Assembly (NCBI GenBank): GCA_046153645.1
Contig: JBJXGI010000042.1
Span: 17,280 to 81,279, forward strand
Direction of reading: 5' to 3'
DNA length: 64,000 bases
From: Elusimicrobiota bacterium
GTDB taxonomy: Bacteria > Elusimicrobiota > Elusimicrobia > F11
The notes below the pieces were generated by a model. That model saw nothing but the letters and a program-made list of their open reading frames with translations. It did no database searches and had not been told where the DNA came from. The position numbers and the translations under genes are program-made. Each line of letters starts with the position of its first letter. The stretch's first letter is position 1. Below are positions 19,075-30,733 of this stretch, in pieces.

Positions 19075-21273
19075 TTGAAAATTAAGACAACAAAGTGGAT
19101 GATTATCGGAATTCTTCTTTTTTTTATCGGAGGAGCATTTATCGTAGGGGGCATTCTCAAAGGGACTTTAAAGGATTTGCCCTCAGTAAAAACTTTAGAG
19201 CAATACGTCCCTCCACTTGTCACCCAGGTTCTCGACACTTCCGGGTCCGCCGTTGGCGAATTTTTTACTGAACGCAGGACCACCATTCCTTTAAACCAAA
19301 TCCCCATGGATCTTAGGCGCGCCGTCATTGCCATTGAAGATACCGACTTTAATAAACATTGGGGTGTTAATCCCAAAGCCATCGTTCGTGCAACACTGGC
19401 TAACTTACGAGCGGGACGACTGGTACAAGGCGGATCTACTCTCACTCAACAACTCGCCAAAACTATTTTTTTAACCCGGAAGAAAACATTGGGCCGAAAA
19501 GTAAAAGAAATGCTCCTTACGCTTCAAATTGAAAAAAATTATTCAAAAGATGAGATTATGGAGCTTTACTTAAATCAAATTTATTTCGGAGGGGGTGCTT
19601 ATGGCGTAGAAGCAGCTTCTCGACTTTATTTTGGGAAACGTACTCAAGAATTGAATCTATCCGAGTGCGCTCTTCTCGGAGGGCTCATCAGGCTGCCTAA
19701 CCGATACTCCCCTGTTAACAATCCTGAAATATCTAAAGATCGACGAGCCACTGTGTTAAAGCGCATGAGAGAAGTGGGTTATATAACAGAATTAGAAGAA
19801 AAAGAAGCCGCTGGTCAACCCATTTTAAATGTTAAAGCGGGTTTTAAAGCCAAAGACGCCCCCTACTTCGTAGAAGAAGTATTCAAAACACTCGAACCTA
19901 CATTTGGGTCTGAAACCTTAGAACAAAGCGGGCTTAACATTCACACCACTTTAGATCTCAACATGCAAAGAGCCGCAGAACTAGTTTTAGAAAAACATCT
20001 TTCAACTTATGACGCATTTTACGCTACGGCCACATTAGCTGAATATATAAAAGATGCAAAAGAAAAAGCACTGGACAAAACAAAAGTCAATATTTCAACA
20101 ACACCTCCTAAAATTCAAGGGGCTTTGGTTGTTATGGATGTTCACACGGGGGCTATCCGCACTATGATTGGTGGACGAGATTTTTATAAATCTCAATTTA
20201 ACAGAGTCACTCAAGCCAAACGTCAACCAGGCTCTTCTTTTAAAGCATTTGCTGTCGCCGCCGCATTAGAAGGACCTTTTACAGCAGCCTCTGTTGTTGA
20301 CGATTATCCTTTGGTTTATGTGGATGTGGAATCTGATGCCACTCTTTTAGCAGAAACAACAACTTATGCCGAAACCACAACCGCCATTTTGGACAATCTG
20401 CAATTAACACCTGAACAGTTTTGGGGTAAACCCAAAAAAGAGCGTGACGAAATCTTAAAAAAATATTGGCGCCCTCAAAATTATGACGGAAAATATTTGG
20501 GACCTTTGACCATACGAAAAGGGTTACAAAAATCAAGAAACCTAGTTACCATTCGACTGGTAGGAAGTACAGGACCAAGAACCGTGGTTCAAATGGCAAA
20601 AAAAGCAGGAATTGAAAGCCATGTTAGTTCGGTGCTTTCAACAGGACTTGGAACCTCTGTTACCACTTTACTCGAACTAACCAATGCTTATGGAACTTTT
20701 GCCTCAGGTGGCCTTTGGGCGCAACCTTATTTCATTGAAAAAATTACAGATCGAAGAGGAAAAGTTTTACAAGAAACCAGTCCTAAGGTAGAAGCCAGAG
20801 TTAACCCACAAACAGCTTTTTTAATCACCAATCTATTGAGAGGAGTGATTGAATATGGAACAGGCGCTTATGCCAGAAGAATTGGAAAACCTTTGGGAGG
20901 AAAAACAGGAACCACACAAGATCAAAGAGATCTTTTGTTTATTGGATTTTCTCCTGATTTAGTCTGTGGAGTTTGGATTGGTTATGATGATTTTCGTCCC
21001 TTAAAAAAAGGGCTGAGCGCCTCTCACATTGCCGTTCCGCTTTGGACAGAATTCATGAAGGACGCATTAAAAGATATGCCAGCAAAAGATTTTCCCGTGC
21101 CTCCAAAAATTGAATACGCAAAAATTGACGCCGATACTGGTTATCTAGCGCTTTCCACTTGTCCCAAGGTTTTCCTAGAAGCCTTTAAAGAAGGAACGGT
21201 GCCAACAGAATTTTGCCCTTATGATCACTTGAATAGCAGCGGAATCAGCGGAGAAGAAGAAATATTAGAGTAA
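19075..21273 (+). CDS. mrcA: Class A penicillin-binding protein (PBP1A-type transglycosylase/transpeptidase)
   Basis: It has an N-terminal TM anchor, the GT51 motifs (EDTDFNKHWGVNP, RLVQGGSTLTQQLAK), and a transpeptidase domain (…SSFKAF…, KTGTT). Confidence 0.85.
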   Translation: MKIKTTKWMIIGILLFFIGGAFIVGGILKGTLKDLPSVKTLEQYVPPLVTQVLDTSGSAVGEFFTERRTTIPLNQIPMDLRRAVIAIEDTDFNKHWGVNPKAIVRATLANLRAGRLVQGGSTLTQQLAKTIFLTRKKTLGRKVKEMLLTLQIEKNYSKDEIMELYLNQIYFGGGAYGVEAASRLYFGKRTQELNLSECALLGGLIRLPNRYSPVNNPEISKDRRATVLKRMREVGYITELEEKEAAGQPILNVKAGFKAKDAPYFVEEVFKTLEPTFGSETLEQSGLNIHTTLDLNMQRAAELVLEKHLSTYDAFYATATLAEYIKDAKEKALDKTKVNISTTPPKIQGALVVMDVHTGAIRTMIGGRDFYKSQFNRVTQAKRQPGSSFKAFAVAAALEGPFTAASVVDDYPLVYVDVESDATLLAETTTYAETTTAILDNLQLTPEQFWGKPKKERDEILKKYWRPQNYDGKYLGPLTIRKGLQKSRNLVTIRLVGSTGPRTVVQMAKKAGIESHVSSVLSTGLGTSVTTLLELTNAYGTFASGGLWAQPYFIEKITDRRGKVLQETSPKVEARVNPQTAFLITNLLRGVIEYGTGAYARRIGKPLGGKTGTTQDQRDLLFIGFSPDLVCGVWIGYDDFRPLKKGLSASHIAVPLWTEFMKDALKDMPAKDFPVPPKIEYAKIDADTGYLALSTCPKVFLEAFKEGTVPTEFCPYDHLNSSGISGEEEILE

Positions 21274-21322
21274 TTTTTACAGCATATTGAACATTTCTCC
21301 GGAAGGACTGATAACTAAAAGT

Positions 21323-22063
21323 TCAAGAAACTGAAGATTTCAAATAGTCACGATTAAGGCGGGCAATAAAGTTTTGAGAGATTTCTTTGGGGCAAGCGGC
21401 GGTGCATTCTCCGATGTTGGTACAACCACCAAAACCTTCAGCGTCCATTTGTGTAACCATATTTTTGGCGCGCATGGAACGTTCGGGTTGACCTTGAGGC
21501 AGATAGCCTAAGTGAGAAATTTTTGCAGCAGTAAATAACATGGCTGAAGCGTTGGGACAAGCGGCCACGCAAGCGCCGCATCCTATACAAGCCGCCGCAT
21601 CCATTGCTAAATCAGCATTTTGTTTTGGAACAGGTGTTGTATTGGCTTCAGGTGCACTGCCTGTTCGAACAGAAATAAATCCACCCGATTGAATAATTCG
21701 ATCGAAAGAACTTCGATCAACACATAAATCTTTGATGACAGGAAATGCTTTGGCTCTCCACGGTTCGATGGTAATTGTATCACCATCTTTAAACGATCTC
21801 ATGTGGAGCTGACAAGTGGTGGTGGCAGGCATTGGGCCATGGGCAACACCATTAATCATGCATCCACAAGTTCCACAAATTCCTTCACGACAATCACTAT
21901 CAAAAGCCACCGGATCCTCACCACGTGAGGTCAACTGTTCATTTAAAACATCAATCATCTCAAGAAACGACATATGTTCACTAATATCGTGAACTTTATA
22001 TTCCACTATTTTTCCTGGAGTTTGTTGATTTTTTTGCCGCCAAATTCGAAGAGTTAAATTCAT
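21323..22063 (-). CDS. sdhB: Succinate dehydrogenase/fumarate reductase iron-sulfur subunit
   Basis: The Cys clusters ([10 protein letters not shown]; [12 protein letters not shown]; [12 protein letters not shown]) are those of the 2Fe-2S/4Fe-4S/3Fe-4S subunit. Confidence 0.85.
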   Translation of the reverse strand: MNLTLRIWRQKNQQTPGKIVEYKVHDISEHMSFLEMIDVLNEQLTSRGEDPVAFDSDCREGICGTCGCMINGVAHGPMPATTTCQLHMRSFKDGDTITIEPWRAKAFPVIKDLCVDRSSFDRIIQSGGFISVRTGSAPEANTTPVPKQNADLAMDAAACIGCGACVAACPNASAMLFTAAKISHLGYLPQGQPERSMRAKNMVTQMDAEGFGGCTNIGECTAACPKEISQNFIARLNRDYLKSSVS

Positions 22064-23977
22064 TTATTTATAACTCCTTTGAGCCAAATGGATATTTTCA
22101 AAATTGAGAGGTTCTTTATGTAACGTCGGTTCTGAATTTTCACCTTTGTACTCCCAGGCCGCTACATAAGAATATTTCGAGTCGTCTCGTAACGCTTCAC
22201 CTTCAGGCGTTTGACTCTCTTCTCTAAAGTGACCACCACAAGATTCTGATCTTTGCAGAGCATCCCTACACATCAGTTCAGCTAATTCAAAAAAATCTGC
22301 GACACGCCCAGCACGCTCAAGTGATTGATTTAATTCTTCACCAACCCCAGGAATATTTATTTCTTTCCAGAATTTTTCTTTGAGTTCAGGAATTCTTTGT
22401 AAAGCAGTTTTAAGACCGATCTCTGTTCGAGACATTCCACAATAATCCCAAACTAATTTACCGAGTTCTTTATGGAAAGAGTCAACTGATCTTTTCCCTT
22501 TGGCTGATAAAAAACGATTAAGCCGCCCTGAAACTTCAGCTTCAGCTTGTTTAAAAATGGCGTGATCTGTTGAATATTGAGATGATTTATTTTTTGACAA
22601 ATAATCACCAATGGTATAGGGAATTACAAAATAACCATCGGCTAAACCCTGCATAAGCGCACTTGCTCCTAAACGATTGGCCCCGTGGTCAGAAAAATTA
22701 GCTTCTCCAATAACGAAGAGTCCATCAATGGTACTCATCAAATTATAATCCACCCAAAGTCCACCCATCGTATAGTGAATGGCTGGGTAAATTCTCATCG
22801 GAACTTTGTATGGATTTTCTCCGGTGATTCGGTTATACATGTCAAAAAGATTAGCGTATCGTTCTCTAATTTTATCTTCGCCAAGTCTTTTAATGGCATC
22901 AGAAAAATCAAGGTATACACCTAACCCACCAGGCCCCACTCCTCGGCCTTCGTCACAAACTTGTTTGGCGTTACGCGAAGCGACATCTCGAGGAACTAAA
23001 TTTCCATAACTAGGGTATTTCCTCTCAAGATAATAATCTCTTTCTAATTCTGGAATCTGATCAGGAGACCGATTATCTCCTTTGTTTTTAGGAACCCAAA
23101 TTCGACCATCATTACGCAGAGACTCCGACATGAGAGTTAATTTAGACTGGTAATCGCCACTAACAGGAATACAAGTCGGATGAATTTGTGTGTAACAAGG
23201 GTTTGCAAAGGCCGCCCCTTTTTTATGGGCTCGCCAAATGGCAGTGGTATTGCAGCCTTTGGCATTGGTAGAAAGATAATAAACATTTCCATAACCACCG
23301 GTGGCAAGCACAACGGCATCGGCAGAATAAGAAGAAATTTTTCCGCTCACCATATCACGCACAACAATTCCCTTTGCTTGATTGTTCTCAACAACCAATT
23401 CCATCATCTCAGAACGAGGGAACATTTTTACTTGTCCTAAACCAATTTGCCGAGAAAGTGATGAATAGGCCCCAATAAGGAGTTGCTGCCCGGTTTGACC
23501 TTTGGCATAAAATGTTCGAGAAACTTGCGCGCCACCGAAAGAGCGATTATCTAAATAACCACTATATTCTCTGGCAAAGGGAACACCTTGTGCTACACAT
23601 TGGTCAATAATATTAACGCTTAACTGAGCTAAACGATAAACATTGGCTTCACGCGCTCGATAGTCGCCACCTTTAATTGTGTCGTAAAAAAGCCGATAAA
23701 TACTATCACCGTCGTTCTGATAATTTTTGGCAGCGTTAATGCCTCCTTGAGCGGCAATGGAATGCGCGCGGCGGGGACTATCTTGATAACAAAAACATAG
23801 AACATTGTAACCCAATTCAGCAAATGATGCGGCCGCCGAAGCGCCTGCCAAACCAGAACCAACAACAATAATGGTGTATTTTCGTTTGTTGGTTGCATTG
23901 ACTATCTTTAAATCGTTTTTATGGTTGTCCCATTTTTTTTCAATAGGCCCCACAGGAATTCTTGAATTAAGTTCCAT
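22064..23977 (-). CDS. sdhA: Succinate dehydrogenase/fumarate reductase flavoprotein subunit
   Basis: The 637-aa product has the FAD-binding N-terminus ([14 protein letters not shown]) and the covalent-FAD His region (…[14 protein letters not shown]…). Confidence 0.9.
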   Translation of the reverse strand: MELNSRIPVGPIEKKWDNHKNDLKIVNATNKRKYTIIVVGSGLAGASAAASFAELGYNVLCFCYQDSPRRAHSIAAQGGINAAKNYQNDGDSIYRLFYDTIKGGDYRAREANVYRLAQLSVNIIDQCVAQGVPFAREYSGYLDNRSFGGAQVSRTFYAKGQTGQQLLIGAYSSLSRQIGLGQVKMFPRSEMMELVVENNQAKGIVVRDMVSGKISSYSADAVVLATGGYGNVYYLSTNAKGCNTTAIWRAHKKGAAFANPCYTQIHPTCIPVSGDYQSKLTLMSESLRNDGRIWVPKNKGDNRSPDQIPELERDYYLERKYPSYGNLVPRDVASRNAKQVCDEGRGVGPGGLGVYLDFSDAIKRLGEDKIRERYANLFDMYNRITGENPYKVPMRIYPAIHYTMGGLWVDYNLMSTIDGLFVIGEANFSDHGANRLGASALMQGLADGYFVIPYTIGDYLSKNKSSQYSTDHAIFKQAEAEVSGRLNRFLSAKGKRSVDSFHKELGKLVWDYCGMSRTEIGLKTALQRIPELKEKFWKEINIPGVGEELNQSLERAGRVADFFELAELMCRDALQRSESCGGHFREESQTPEGEALRDDSKYSYVAAWEYKGENSEPTLHKEPLNFENIHLAQRSYK

Positions 23978-23987
23978 AATTTCCTTA

Positions 23988-24644
23988 TTACTTTAGTATT
24001 CCCATGAGTACTGCCAAAGGAATGGCGGAGTATCCCAATGGAATGGCGATCGCAATGAACAGCGCTAAATATTGGCGAAAAAAATTTATTTTTGGATGAT
24101 TGAGACCCAACGTTTGAAATACACTATAAACTCCGTGATACAAATGCATTCCCAATGAAATCATTGCCAATAAATAAACAAACGAAACCAGTTTACTCGA
24201 GAACCCAACAACAATATTGTTATACACATCGCCCGAAATAAAAGCAGGGTGTACGCTACCAACAGTTAAATGCAATAAATGGAAGACAACATAAAAAGCC
24301 AAAAAAAGACCACTCCAAATCATAAACCGTGAAGGCGCATTGGCTTGAACCATTGTGTGATTTTCATATTTTTCTGGGCGGCTATTTTTATTTAAGCGAG
24401 TCAACTGAACGGTAAAAATAAAATGGAGTACAACAGAAAAAAGTAAAACAACACGAGTGCCCCACAAGAGACCTTTGGTTTCGTGCAAAAACTCCGCATA
24501 ATCATTAATTTTTTCAGGTCCTAAAAAAACCTGCAAGTTACCAAGCATATGCCCCACAACAAACCCGAGCATAAGAAGCCCTGTTACTGCCACAACAATT
24601 TTTTTACCAATAGAAGAACTTAAAAAACAAGAGCAATTTTTCAT
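23988..24644 (-). CDS. sdhC: Succinate dehydrogenase/fumarate reductase cytochrome b subunit (b558 family, type B)
   Basis: A 218-aa protein with 5 TM helices and conserved His residues. It sits directly upstream of sdhA/sdhB in the Bacteroides/Bacillus-type operon order. Confidence 0.7.
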   Translation of the reverse strand: MKNCSCFLSSSIGKKIVVAVTGLLMLGFVVGHMLGNLQVFLGPEKINDYAEFLHETKGLLWGTRVVLLFSVVLHFIFTVQLTRLNKNSRPEKYENHTMVQANAPSRFMIWSGLFLAFYVVFHLLHLTVGSVHPAFISGDVYNNIVVGFSSKLVSFVYLLAMISLGMHLYHGVYSVFQTLGLNHPKINFFRQYLALFIAIAIPLGYSAIPLAVLMGILK

Positions 24645-25096
24645 TTGAATAAATTTAGCACTTCTTCAATGTGCCCATCTACTTTTACTTTTGGAAATAT
24701 CTGCGTTATCTTTCCAGTTTCATTAATAATAAAAGTGGTTCGCTCGATTCCCATATATTTTTTCCCATACATACTCTTTTCTTTCCACACACCGTAAGCT
24801 TGAATCATTTCTTTTGATGGGTCGCTTAACAAAGGAAAAGAAAGAGAGAATTTCTTTTTAAATTTCTGGTGGGATTCAATTGGGTCAGCGCTCACGCCAT
24901 AAATCACTACATTCTTCTTAGAGAAGGCTTTTATTTCATCTCGAAAGCCACAAGCTTCTTTGGTACAACCGGGAGTGTCATCTTTCGGATAAAAATAAAG
25001 AACGACATTTTTTCCTTTTAAATCTTTTAGAGAAACCATCTCATCATTATCGTTTTGGAGTTTAAAATCAGGTGCTTTATCGCCAATTTTCAACAT
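24641..25096 (-). CDS. bcp: Peroxiredoxin Bcp (thioredoxin-dependent thiol peroxidase)
   Basis: The 151-aa product has the …VVLYFYPKDDTPGCTKEAC… peroxidatic Cys motif. Confidence 0.85.
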   Translation of the reverse strand: MLKIGDKAPDFKLQNDNDEMVSLKDLKGKNVVLYFYPKDDTPGCTKEACGFRDEIKAFSKKNVVIYGVSADPIESHQKFKKKFSLSFPLLSDPSKEMIQAYGVWKEKSMYGKKYMGIERTTFIINETGKITQIFPKVKVDGHIEEVLNLFK

Positions 25097-25104
25097 AAGG
25101 TCTC

Positions 25105-25899
25105 CTAGGGTTTATTTAAAACTGAATTTAAAGTCCAGTCATATTGATATTTCACTTTTGCTGGAAAATCTGTTTTTAATTTTTGATCAATTAAATCGGC
25201 ATCTGGTCTTAATGTGGGATCAGTTAAAGAAGACAAATAAACACCTGTCCCACCAAATCCTCGAAAGTCTTCTTCATACCACTTCATTAAAGAAGAAATC
25301 ACCACCGTGTCATTTTCAATTTTTAAATGTTTAGAAGAATTGACAAATCGCAGTTCGTTTTCTTTGAGTGTTTCATCTAAAGTAGAAGGATCATAAGCCC
25401 GATTTATTAATGGAGGACAATCAATCGCAGCGCACACAAGAGCAAAATGAATTCGATGATTTAAATTGGGGAGTGAAATACCTTCGATGGGGCCCCCTCT
25501 TCTTTTATTGGCACGAATAACTCTATTTTCAATTTCGTCTAAAGAAAGTTCAATTTTTCTCACTTTAAATTTTTCTTTAAAAATATTGAAGTCGTCACTC
25601 ACTTTCTTTAATTTCGGTCGATTTAAAATAAATTGAATCGCATGCGCATTATAAGCATTAATCCAAAAAGCCAATTGTTCTTTTTCGTTACATTTAGAAA
25701 GATCAGCATTTTCTAAAAGCATGAGGTATTTTTTGAGATCGCCCCCATTTTTTGAACGAATACCCTCATAATCAACAAATCCCTGATCATCTACATTTTT
25801 TTTCAAAATCTTGTCGAAAACGGAATGATTCAGACAAGCAGCCCAGGATAATAGTGATGTAAATATTAAGACAACAAACAACCCAATCCTCTTAAACAT
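25105..25899 (-). CDS. DUF547 domain-containing protein
   Basis: It has a signal peptide and a …FWINAYNAHAIQFIL… core characteristic of DUF547. It overlaps pgl by 8 nt. Confidence 0.55.
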   Translation of the reverse strand: MFKRIGLFVVLIFTSLLSWAACLNHSVFDKILKKNVDDQGFVDYEGIRSKNGGDLKKYLMLLENADLSKCNEKEQLAFWINAYNAHAIQFILNRPKLKKVSDDFNIFKEKFKVRKIELSLDEIENRVIRANKRRGGPIEGISLPNLNHRIHFALVCAAIDCPPLINRAYDPSTLDETLKENELRFVNSSKHLKIENDTVVISSLMKWYEEDFRGFGGTGVYLSSLTDPTLRPDADLIDQKLKTDFPAKVKYQYDWTLNSVLNKP

Positions 25900-26659
25900 T
25901 TTTTACCTCGTCCCTTATTTCATTGGGCAATTTAGATGCGGCACCCTTATTTAACAACCAAATTAATTCTCCCTTAATAGAGATAATTTTTTGTGCGGGG
26001 TACCGGTCTTGCGCAAAATCAGTTCTAAATATTTCTTTAATAATAGGCGCCTTAGATTCGCCCTGAACTAAAAAGAAGATTCTTTCCGCATTGTTAATAA
26101 CAGGATAGGTTAAAGTGATTCGATGGCTATTAAGCCGCTCTACAAAATTAGAAGTGACCAGTTTATTTTTTTCATTCAGTGCCGCTGTTCCTGGAAATAA
26201 TGAAGCGGTGTGACCATCTTCACCAATCCCCATTAACATGAAATCAAACACAGGAACAGAATAGGTCAATTTAAAAAACGCCTTTATTTCACTTTCATAA
26301 GCTTTTGCCCCAGCTGATGGCGGAGTCATTTCTCCTTTCATGCGAAAAATATTATTAGTTGGAATCGGAACCTTCGATAATAAATTATCCATTGCCAATT
26401 TATAATTACTGTCTTTATGGTCAGGAGAAACACATCTCTCATCAACCCAAAACACAAACGTTTTAGACCAAGGAACTCGCGATTTAAAATAGGTATCGCT
26501 TAACAGCTGGAATAACTTAACGGGAGTTGATCCGCCCGACAACACCAAAGTAAAACGACCATTTTTCTCAACCGCTTTGCTCGCAGACTCGACAATAGAT
26601 AAAGCAGCCTCTTTATAAAAATCTTCGTCGTGGAGAGCAACTTTAATTTGGCGTGACAT
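25892..26659 (-). CDS. pgl: 6-phosphogluconolactonase
   Basis: The …FTLVLSGGSTP… and …FWVDERCV… motifs belong to the NagB/RpiA/Pgl fold. Confidence 0.8.
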   Translation of the reverse strand: MSRQIKVALHDEDFYKEAALSIVESASKAVEKNGRFTLVLSGGSTPVKLFQLLSDTYFKSRVPWSKTFVFWVDERCVSPDHKDSNYKLAMDNLLSKVPIPTNNIFRMKGEMTPPSAGAKAYESEIKAFFKLTYSVPVFDFMLMGIGEDGHTASLFPGTAALNEKNKLVTSNFVERLNSHRITLTYPVINNAERIFFLVQGESKAPIIKEIFRTDFAQDRYPAQKIISIKGELIWLLNKGAASKLPNEIRDEVKNV

Positions 26660-26660
26660 T

Positions 26661-29477
26661 TTATTTACTAAGCACTTTTCTTAAGATGATTTCGATGTTT
26701 TTAAGCCCACGCAGGCCATCTTTGAAATGAATCCTTAAAGCTCTTCTATTTTTGTGCTGAAGGGCTGATAAATCACCCAACGCTTGAGCCTCTTTAAGCG
26801 TGCTAAAAGTAAAAGGTTCGCCAGCAATCGATAAATCTTTTTTATCATCTGATGTGATTTGTAAAAAGATTCCGGAGTTATCCCCTCCTTTATGAAGCTG
26901 CCCGGTTGAATGCAAGAACCGTGGACCAAACCCGATGGTGGTAGCAATATTTTTTTGATCCAAAACTAACTTTCGAATTTTTTGGAGTTGTTGCTCATAA
27001 CCTATGTTACGCGTTAAATAAGCAAGAAGGGCAAAGTAATCTCCGGGTTTAATTGAATTGAACACTTCACTTAAAATTGCCTCAAGTGATTGAGTTTCTT
27101 TCAAAAGATTCGCAGCGGCAAAAACAGAAACTCCCTCTTTTTCAAATATAGGAAGTGGCGCGCCCAAATTTCCTTTTGACGTAAAGGTTTCCAAAAACTC
27201 TTTGGTTAAATCTTTTGATTCTTGTACGTTCGGTTGATCGAAAGGATTAATATCGAGAATCTTACCGGCAATCCCCGTAGCAAATTCCCATCTAAAAAAT
27301 TCGCCAATCATCTCTTCTTCTGAATTCAATTTAATATCAATAATCGGATGACCCGCTTTTTTAAGTGCCTTTAAATTATTCGAGGTCTTGCTATCAATTT
27401 TGGTATGAATAGAAATGAATACGCGGTCATGAGCGTAACCTTTCACTCGAATGGGCTCTGATTCGACAGGGAGAATCCCAACCCCTTCTTTACCGGTACT
27501 TTCAGCAATTAGCTGTTCAACCCAGGTTGAAAAACTTGCGATATCTTTTGAAAGAATAAATGTGACTTTGTTACGCCCTTGTTTGGCCAGCACTCCTAAA
27601 ATAGCGCCCAAAACCAAACCGGGGTTTTTGTCGGTTGGAATTTGAGAACTACAAGCAGCGCTCATTGAATTGGCGATTGATGTTATTTTATGAACATCGA
27701 ATCCCATAAGCGCGGCGGGCAACATGCCAAAAAAGGACAAGGCGGAATATCGCCCACCAATATCTGAGGGGTTTAAAACAATATGGCGGAATTTTTTCTC
27801 TTTGGCAATTTTTTCCATCTGAGTACCGGGATCAGTAATCGCAATAAAGTGATCGCCCGCTTTATCACCTTTTTTCTTTTTGACCAAGTCATAAAAATAA
27901 GAAAAGAAGGCATTGGGTTCAGTTGTTGAGCCTGATTTACTGGCAACGATATAAAGAGTTTTTTCTGGTTTTGATCGACCGGCACGTTCCAAAACAGAAC
28001 CGGGTTCGGTACTATCTAAAATAGCGAATTCAGGGAAACCAGGTTTTTTGCCATAGGTCAGTCTCAACACCTCTGGACATAAACTCGATCCACCCATTCC
28101 CAAAAGAAGAATGTTGGTAAATTTATTTTTTCGAACATCGTCAGAAATTGATTTAAGAAGGGCCAATTGCCTTTCTACTTTAGAAACCACATCTAACCAA
28201 CCCAGAGAGTTACTGATAATCTTTTTATGCGCCTCATCTGATTTCCAAAGAGTGGCATCTTTATCCCATACACGTTTCACCCATGATTCTTTTTGAGCTT
28301 GAGAAATGACGGAAGCAACGTCTTGGTGGTACTTTCCGATATTAAAATTCATGGTTTTAAATTGTTGACTAGTGAGAAGTTCTTTTTTTACATTTACCAC
28401 CTTCATTAAACTTTCAAAAGAACCTGAGAATGATTTCACGCCTTCTTCTTGTAGTTGATTCATAAGATCATCAAAAGAAATACCAAGCTTTTCAATAGCG
28501 GGAAGAACTTGTTTTGCCTCATTCCATCCTGATTCTAATTTATTGGCCACTTTTCCATGGTCACGGAATGCATCGATGGTTGGTACTGGCATGGTATTAA
28601 CTGTTAAAGGTCCCACCAATTCATCAATATAAATAGTATCAGGAACTCTTTTGTCTTTGGCTCCCGTGCTCGCCCACAATAATCGTTGAACTTGAGCGCC
28701 TTTGGCTTCCAATTTTTTATACCGAGGAGAAGCTACGACATCCACAAAATGCATATAGGCTAATTTTGCATTCGCCAAACCGGCTTTATTCACGAGTGAA
28801 ACGGCTTGATTATTTCCTTTGGCAACCAAGTCGTCTAAATGTTTATTAACAATAGTATCAACACGACTCACGAAAAAACTAGCAACAGATGAAATCTGAC
28901 TAATTTTTTGCCCTTTTTTTACCCTCATTTCTAACGCTTTTACATAAGCCTCTAACACTTCTTTATAAGACTCGAGCGAGAATAAAAGAGTCACATTAAT
29001 ATTAACCCCGAGAGATAATAATTTTTCAATGGCGGGAATGCCGGCTTTGGTGCCAGGGACTTTAATCATTAAATTTGAACGTTTTACTTTTTTAACCAAA
29101 CGAAGCGCCTCTTGAACTGTGGCTTCTGTGTCATTCGCTAAATTGGGATTTACTTCCAAACTCACATAACCATCCGTTCCTTTACTGGAAATAAAAACTT
29201 TTTTTAGCGCATCAGCGGCTTGCTGAATGTCTTTGACGGCCAATTCTTCAAAGATTTCTTCTGTTGATAAATTTTGTGAGGCAAGTTTTTTAATTTCAGC
29301 GTCATATTCTGAACTTGATGAAATAGCTTTTTCAAAAATGGTGGGATTAGAGGTCATTCCTCGAAGACCATCTTGTTCTATATACTTTTTTAGTTCACCT
29401 GACTTAAAAAGTGACCGACTAATATAATCCAGCCAAAAACTTTGTTTTTCATTCCATAATTGTTGCAGCGTATTCAT
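26661..29477 (-). CDS. Bifunctional transaldolase / glucose-6-phosphate isomerase
   Basis: The 938-aa product has an N-terminal transaldolase domain (…GMTSNPTIFEKAI…, KVPGT) fused to a C-terminal PGI domain (…GMGGSSL…, …DSTEP…). Confidence 0.85.
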   Translation of the reverse strand: MNTLQQLWNEKQSFWLDYISRSLFKSGELKKYIEQDGLRGMTSNPTIFEKAISSSSEYDAEIKKLASQNLSTEEIFEELAVKDIQQAADALKKVFISSKGTDGYVSLEVNPNLANDTEATVQEALRLVKKVKRSNLMIKVPGTKAGIPAIEKLLSLGVNINVTLLFSLESYKEVLEAYVKALEMRVKKGQKISQISSVASFFVSRVDTIVNKHLDDLVAKGNNQAVSLVNKAGLANAKLAYMHFVDVVASPRYKKLEAKGAQVQRLLWASTGAKDKRVPDTIYIDELVGPLTVNTMPVPTIDAFRDHGKVANKLESGWNEAKQVLPAIEKLGISFDDLMNQLQEEGVKSFSGSFESLMKVVNVKKELLTSQQFKTMNFNIGKYHQDVASVISQAQKESWVKRVWDKDATLWKSDEAHKKIISNSLGWLDVVSKVERQLALLKSISDDVRKNKFTNILLLGMGGSSLCPEVLRLTYGKKPGFPEFAILDSTEPGSVLERAGRSKPEKTLYIVASKSGSTTEPNAFFSYFYDLVKKKKGDKAGDHFIAITDPGTQMEKIAKEKKFRHIVLNPSDIGGRYSALSFFGMLPAALMGFDVHKITSIANSMSAACSSQIPTDKNPGLVLGAILGVLAKQGRNKVTFILSKDIASFSTWVEQLIAESTGKEGVGILPVESEPIRVKGYAHDRVFISIHTKIDSKTSNNLKALKKAGHPIIDIKLNSEEEMIGEFFRWEFATGIAGKILDINPFDQPNVQESKDLTKEFLETFTSKGNLGAPLPIFEKEGVSVFAAANLLKETQSLEAILSEVFNSIKPGDYFALLAYLTRNIGYEQQLQKIRKLVLDQKNIATTIGFGPRFLHSTGQLHKGGDNSGIFLQITSDDKKDLSIAGEPFTFSTLKEAQALGDLSALQHKNRRALRIHFKDGLRGLKNIEIILRKVLSK

Positions 29478-29495
29478 AACTTTCTCCTTGGCATT

Positions 29496-30674
29496 TTACA
29501 CGGTCAATTTAATAAATTTTCTTTTTCCTACTTTTAAAACAACAGGACGAACGAGCGAAATTTTCTCTCCCAAAATAACTTTTTTCCCATCTAATTGAAC
29601 ACCACCTTGTTCTATTAAACGGCGTGCTTCATTTTTTGATGGGAGCAATTTGGCCTTCATAATAATTTCAATAACATCAGTTAAGCCAGGGCTGACTTGA
29701 AAAGATTCCATTTCTTCCGGGTTTTCTTTTTTAGAAAAAACCTGCTCAAAATGATTGAGCGCTTCCTGAGCTGCTTGAATTCCATGATACTTTTCAACAA
29801 TAAACCCAGCCAATTTCTGTTTGGCCACTTTTGGATGCAACGTTTTAAGGTCAGTCACATTTTCTTCGGTTAAAAGTTCAAAATATTTCCACATAAGCGC
29901 ATCCGGAACTGACATCAGCTTCCCAAACATATCATTAGGAACATCTTTCAAGCCCACATGGTTACCATACGATTTAGACATTTTTCGAACACCGTCTAGT
30001 CCTTCCAACAAAGGAAGTGTCATCACCACTTGCGGTTCTTGCCCATTTTCTTTTTGAAGTTGGCGACCCATGAGTAAATTAAACAATTGATCATGCCCAC
30101 CTAATTCAATATCGGCTTTAATCGCGACAGAATCATAACCCTGAAATAAAGGATACATGAGTTCTAAGAGTGAAATAGGAAGTCCATTTTTCTTACGCTC
30201 AGAAAAATCGTCCCGCTCCATAAGTTGCTGAACGGTATGAGTTCTTAAAAGGGCACGAGGTAAAAACTGTGGGCTTTTCCGGTCAAATAAATCATATAAC
30301 CATTCGCCATTCAAATGAACTTCGGTTTTTGATTTATCAAGAATATGAAACACCTGTTCTTGATAGGTTTTAATGTTATTGGAAATAATCTCTTCTGTTA
30401 AAGGAGGCCGCGTGGTATCTCGCCCCGAAGGATCACCAATGGACGCTGTAAAATCACCAATAATAAAAACAACCGTGTGGCCCAATTCTTGAAATGTTTT
30501 GAGTTTAGTGAGAACCACTGTGTGCCCTAGGTGAATATCAGGAGCTGTTGGGTCTACTCCCAATTTAATTCTTAAGGGGCGACCCAAGGCCAGTTTTTTC
30601 TTGAGTTCTTCAAGAGAAACAACATTGGTTGTACCTCGCAAAATGCGAGCGATATCGTTTTCAATATTTTTCAT
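29496..30674 (-). CDS. tyrS: Tyrosine--tRNA ligase
   Basis: It has class I HIGH (HLGH) and KMSKS motifs and a C-terminal S4 domain. Confidence 0.9.
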   Translation of the reverse strand: MKNIENDIARILRGTTNVVSLEELKKKLALGRPLRIKLGVDPTAPDIHLGHTVVLTKLKTFQELGHTVVFIIGDFTASIGDPSGRDTTRPPLTEEIISNNIKTYQEQVFHILDKSKTEVHLNGEWLYDLFDRKSPQFLPRALLRTHTVQQLMERDDFSERKKNGLPISLLELMYPLFQGYDSVAIKADIELGGHDQLFNLLMGRQLQKENGQEPQVVMTLPLLEGLDGVRKMSKSYGNHVGLKDVPNDMFGKLMSVPDALMWKYFELLTEENVTDLKTLHPKVAKQKLAGFIVEKYHGIQAAQEALNHFEQVFSKKENPEEMESFQVSPGLTDVIEIIMKAKLLPSKNEARRLIEQGGVQLDGKKVILGEKISLVRPVVLKVGKRKFIKLTV

Positions 30675-30733
30675 TTAGAATCGTGTTTGGTCGGAAAATT
30701 GAGATTATAAAAATATGATGGAATTTACTTCCA

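Noticed and set aside
19050-19445. 131-aa minus-strand ORF overlapping the start of the PBP1A gene
   Set aside because: It is antisense to a conserved GT51 N-terminus and has no recognisable features.
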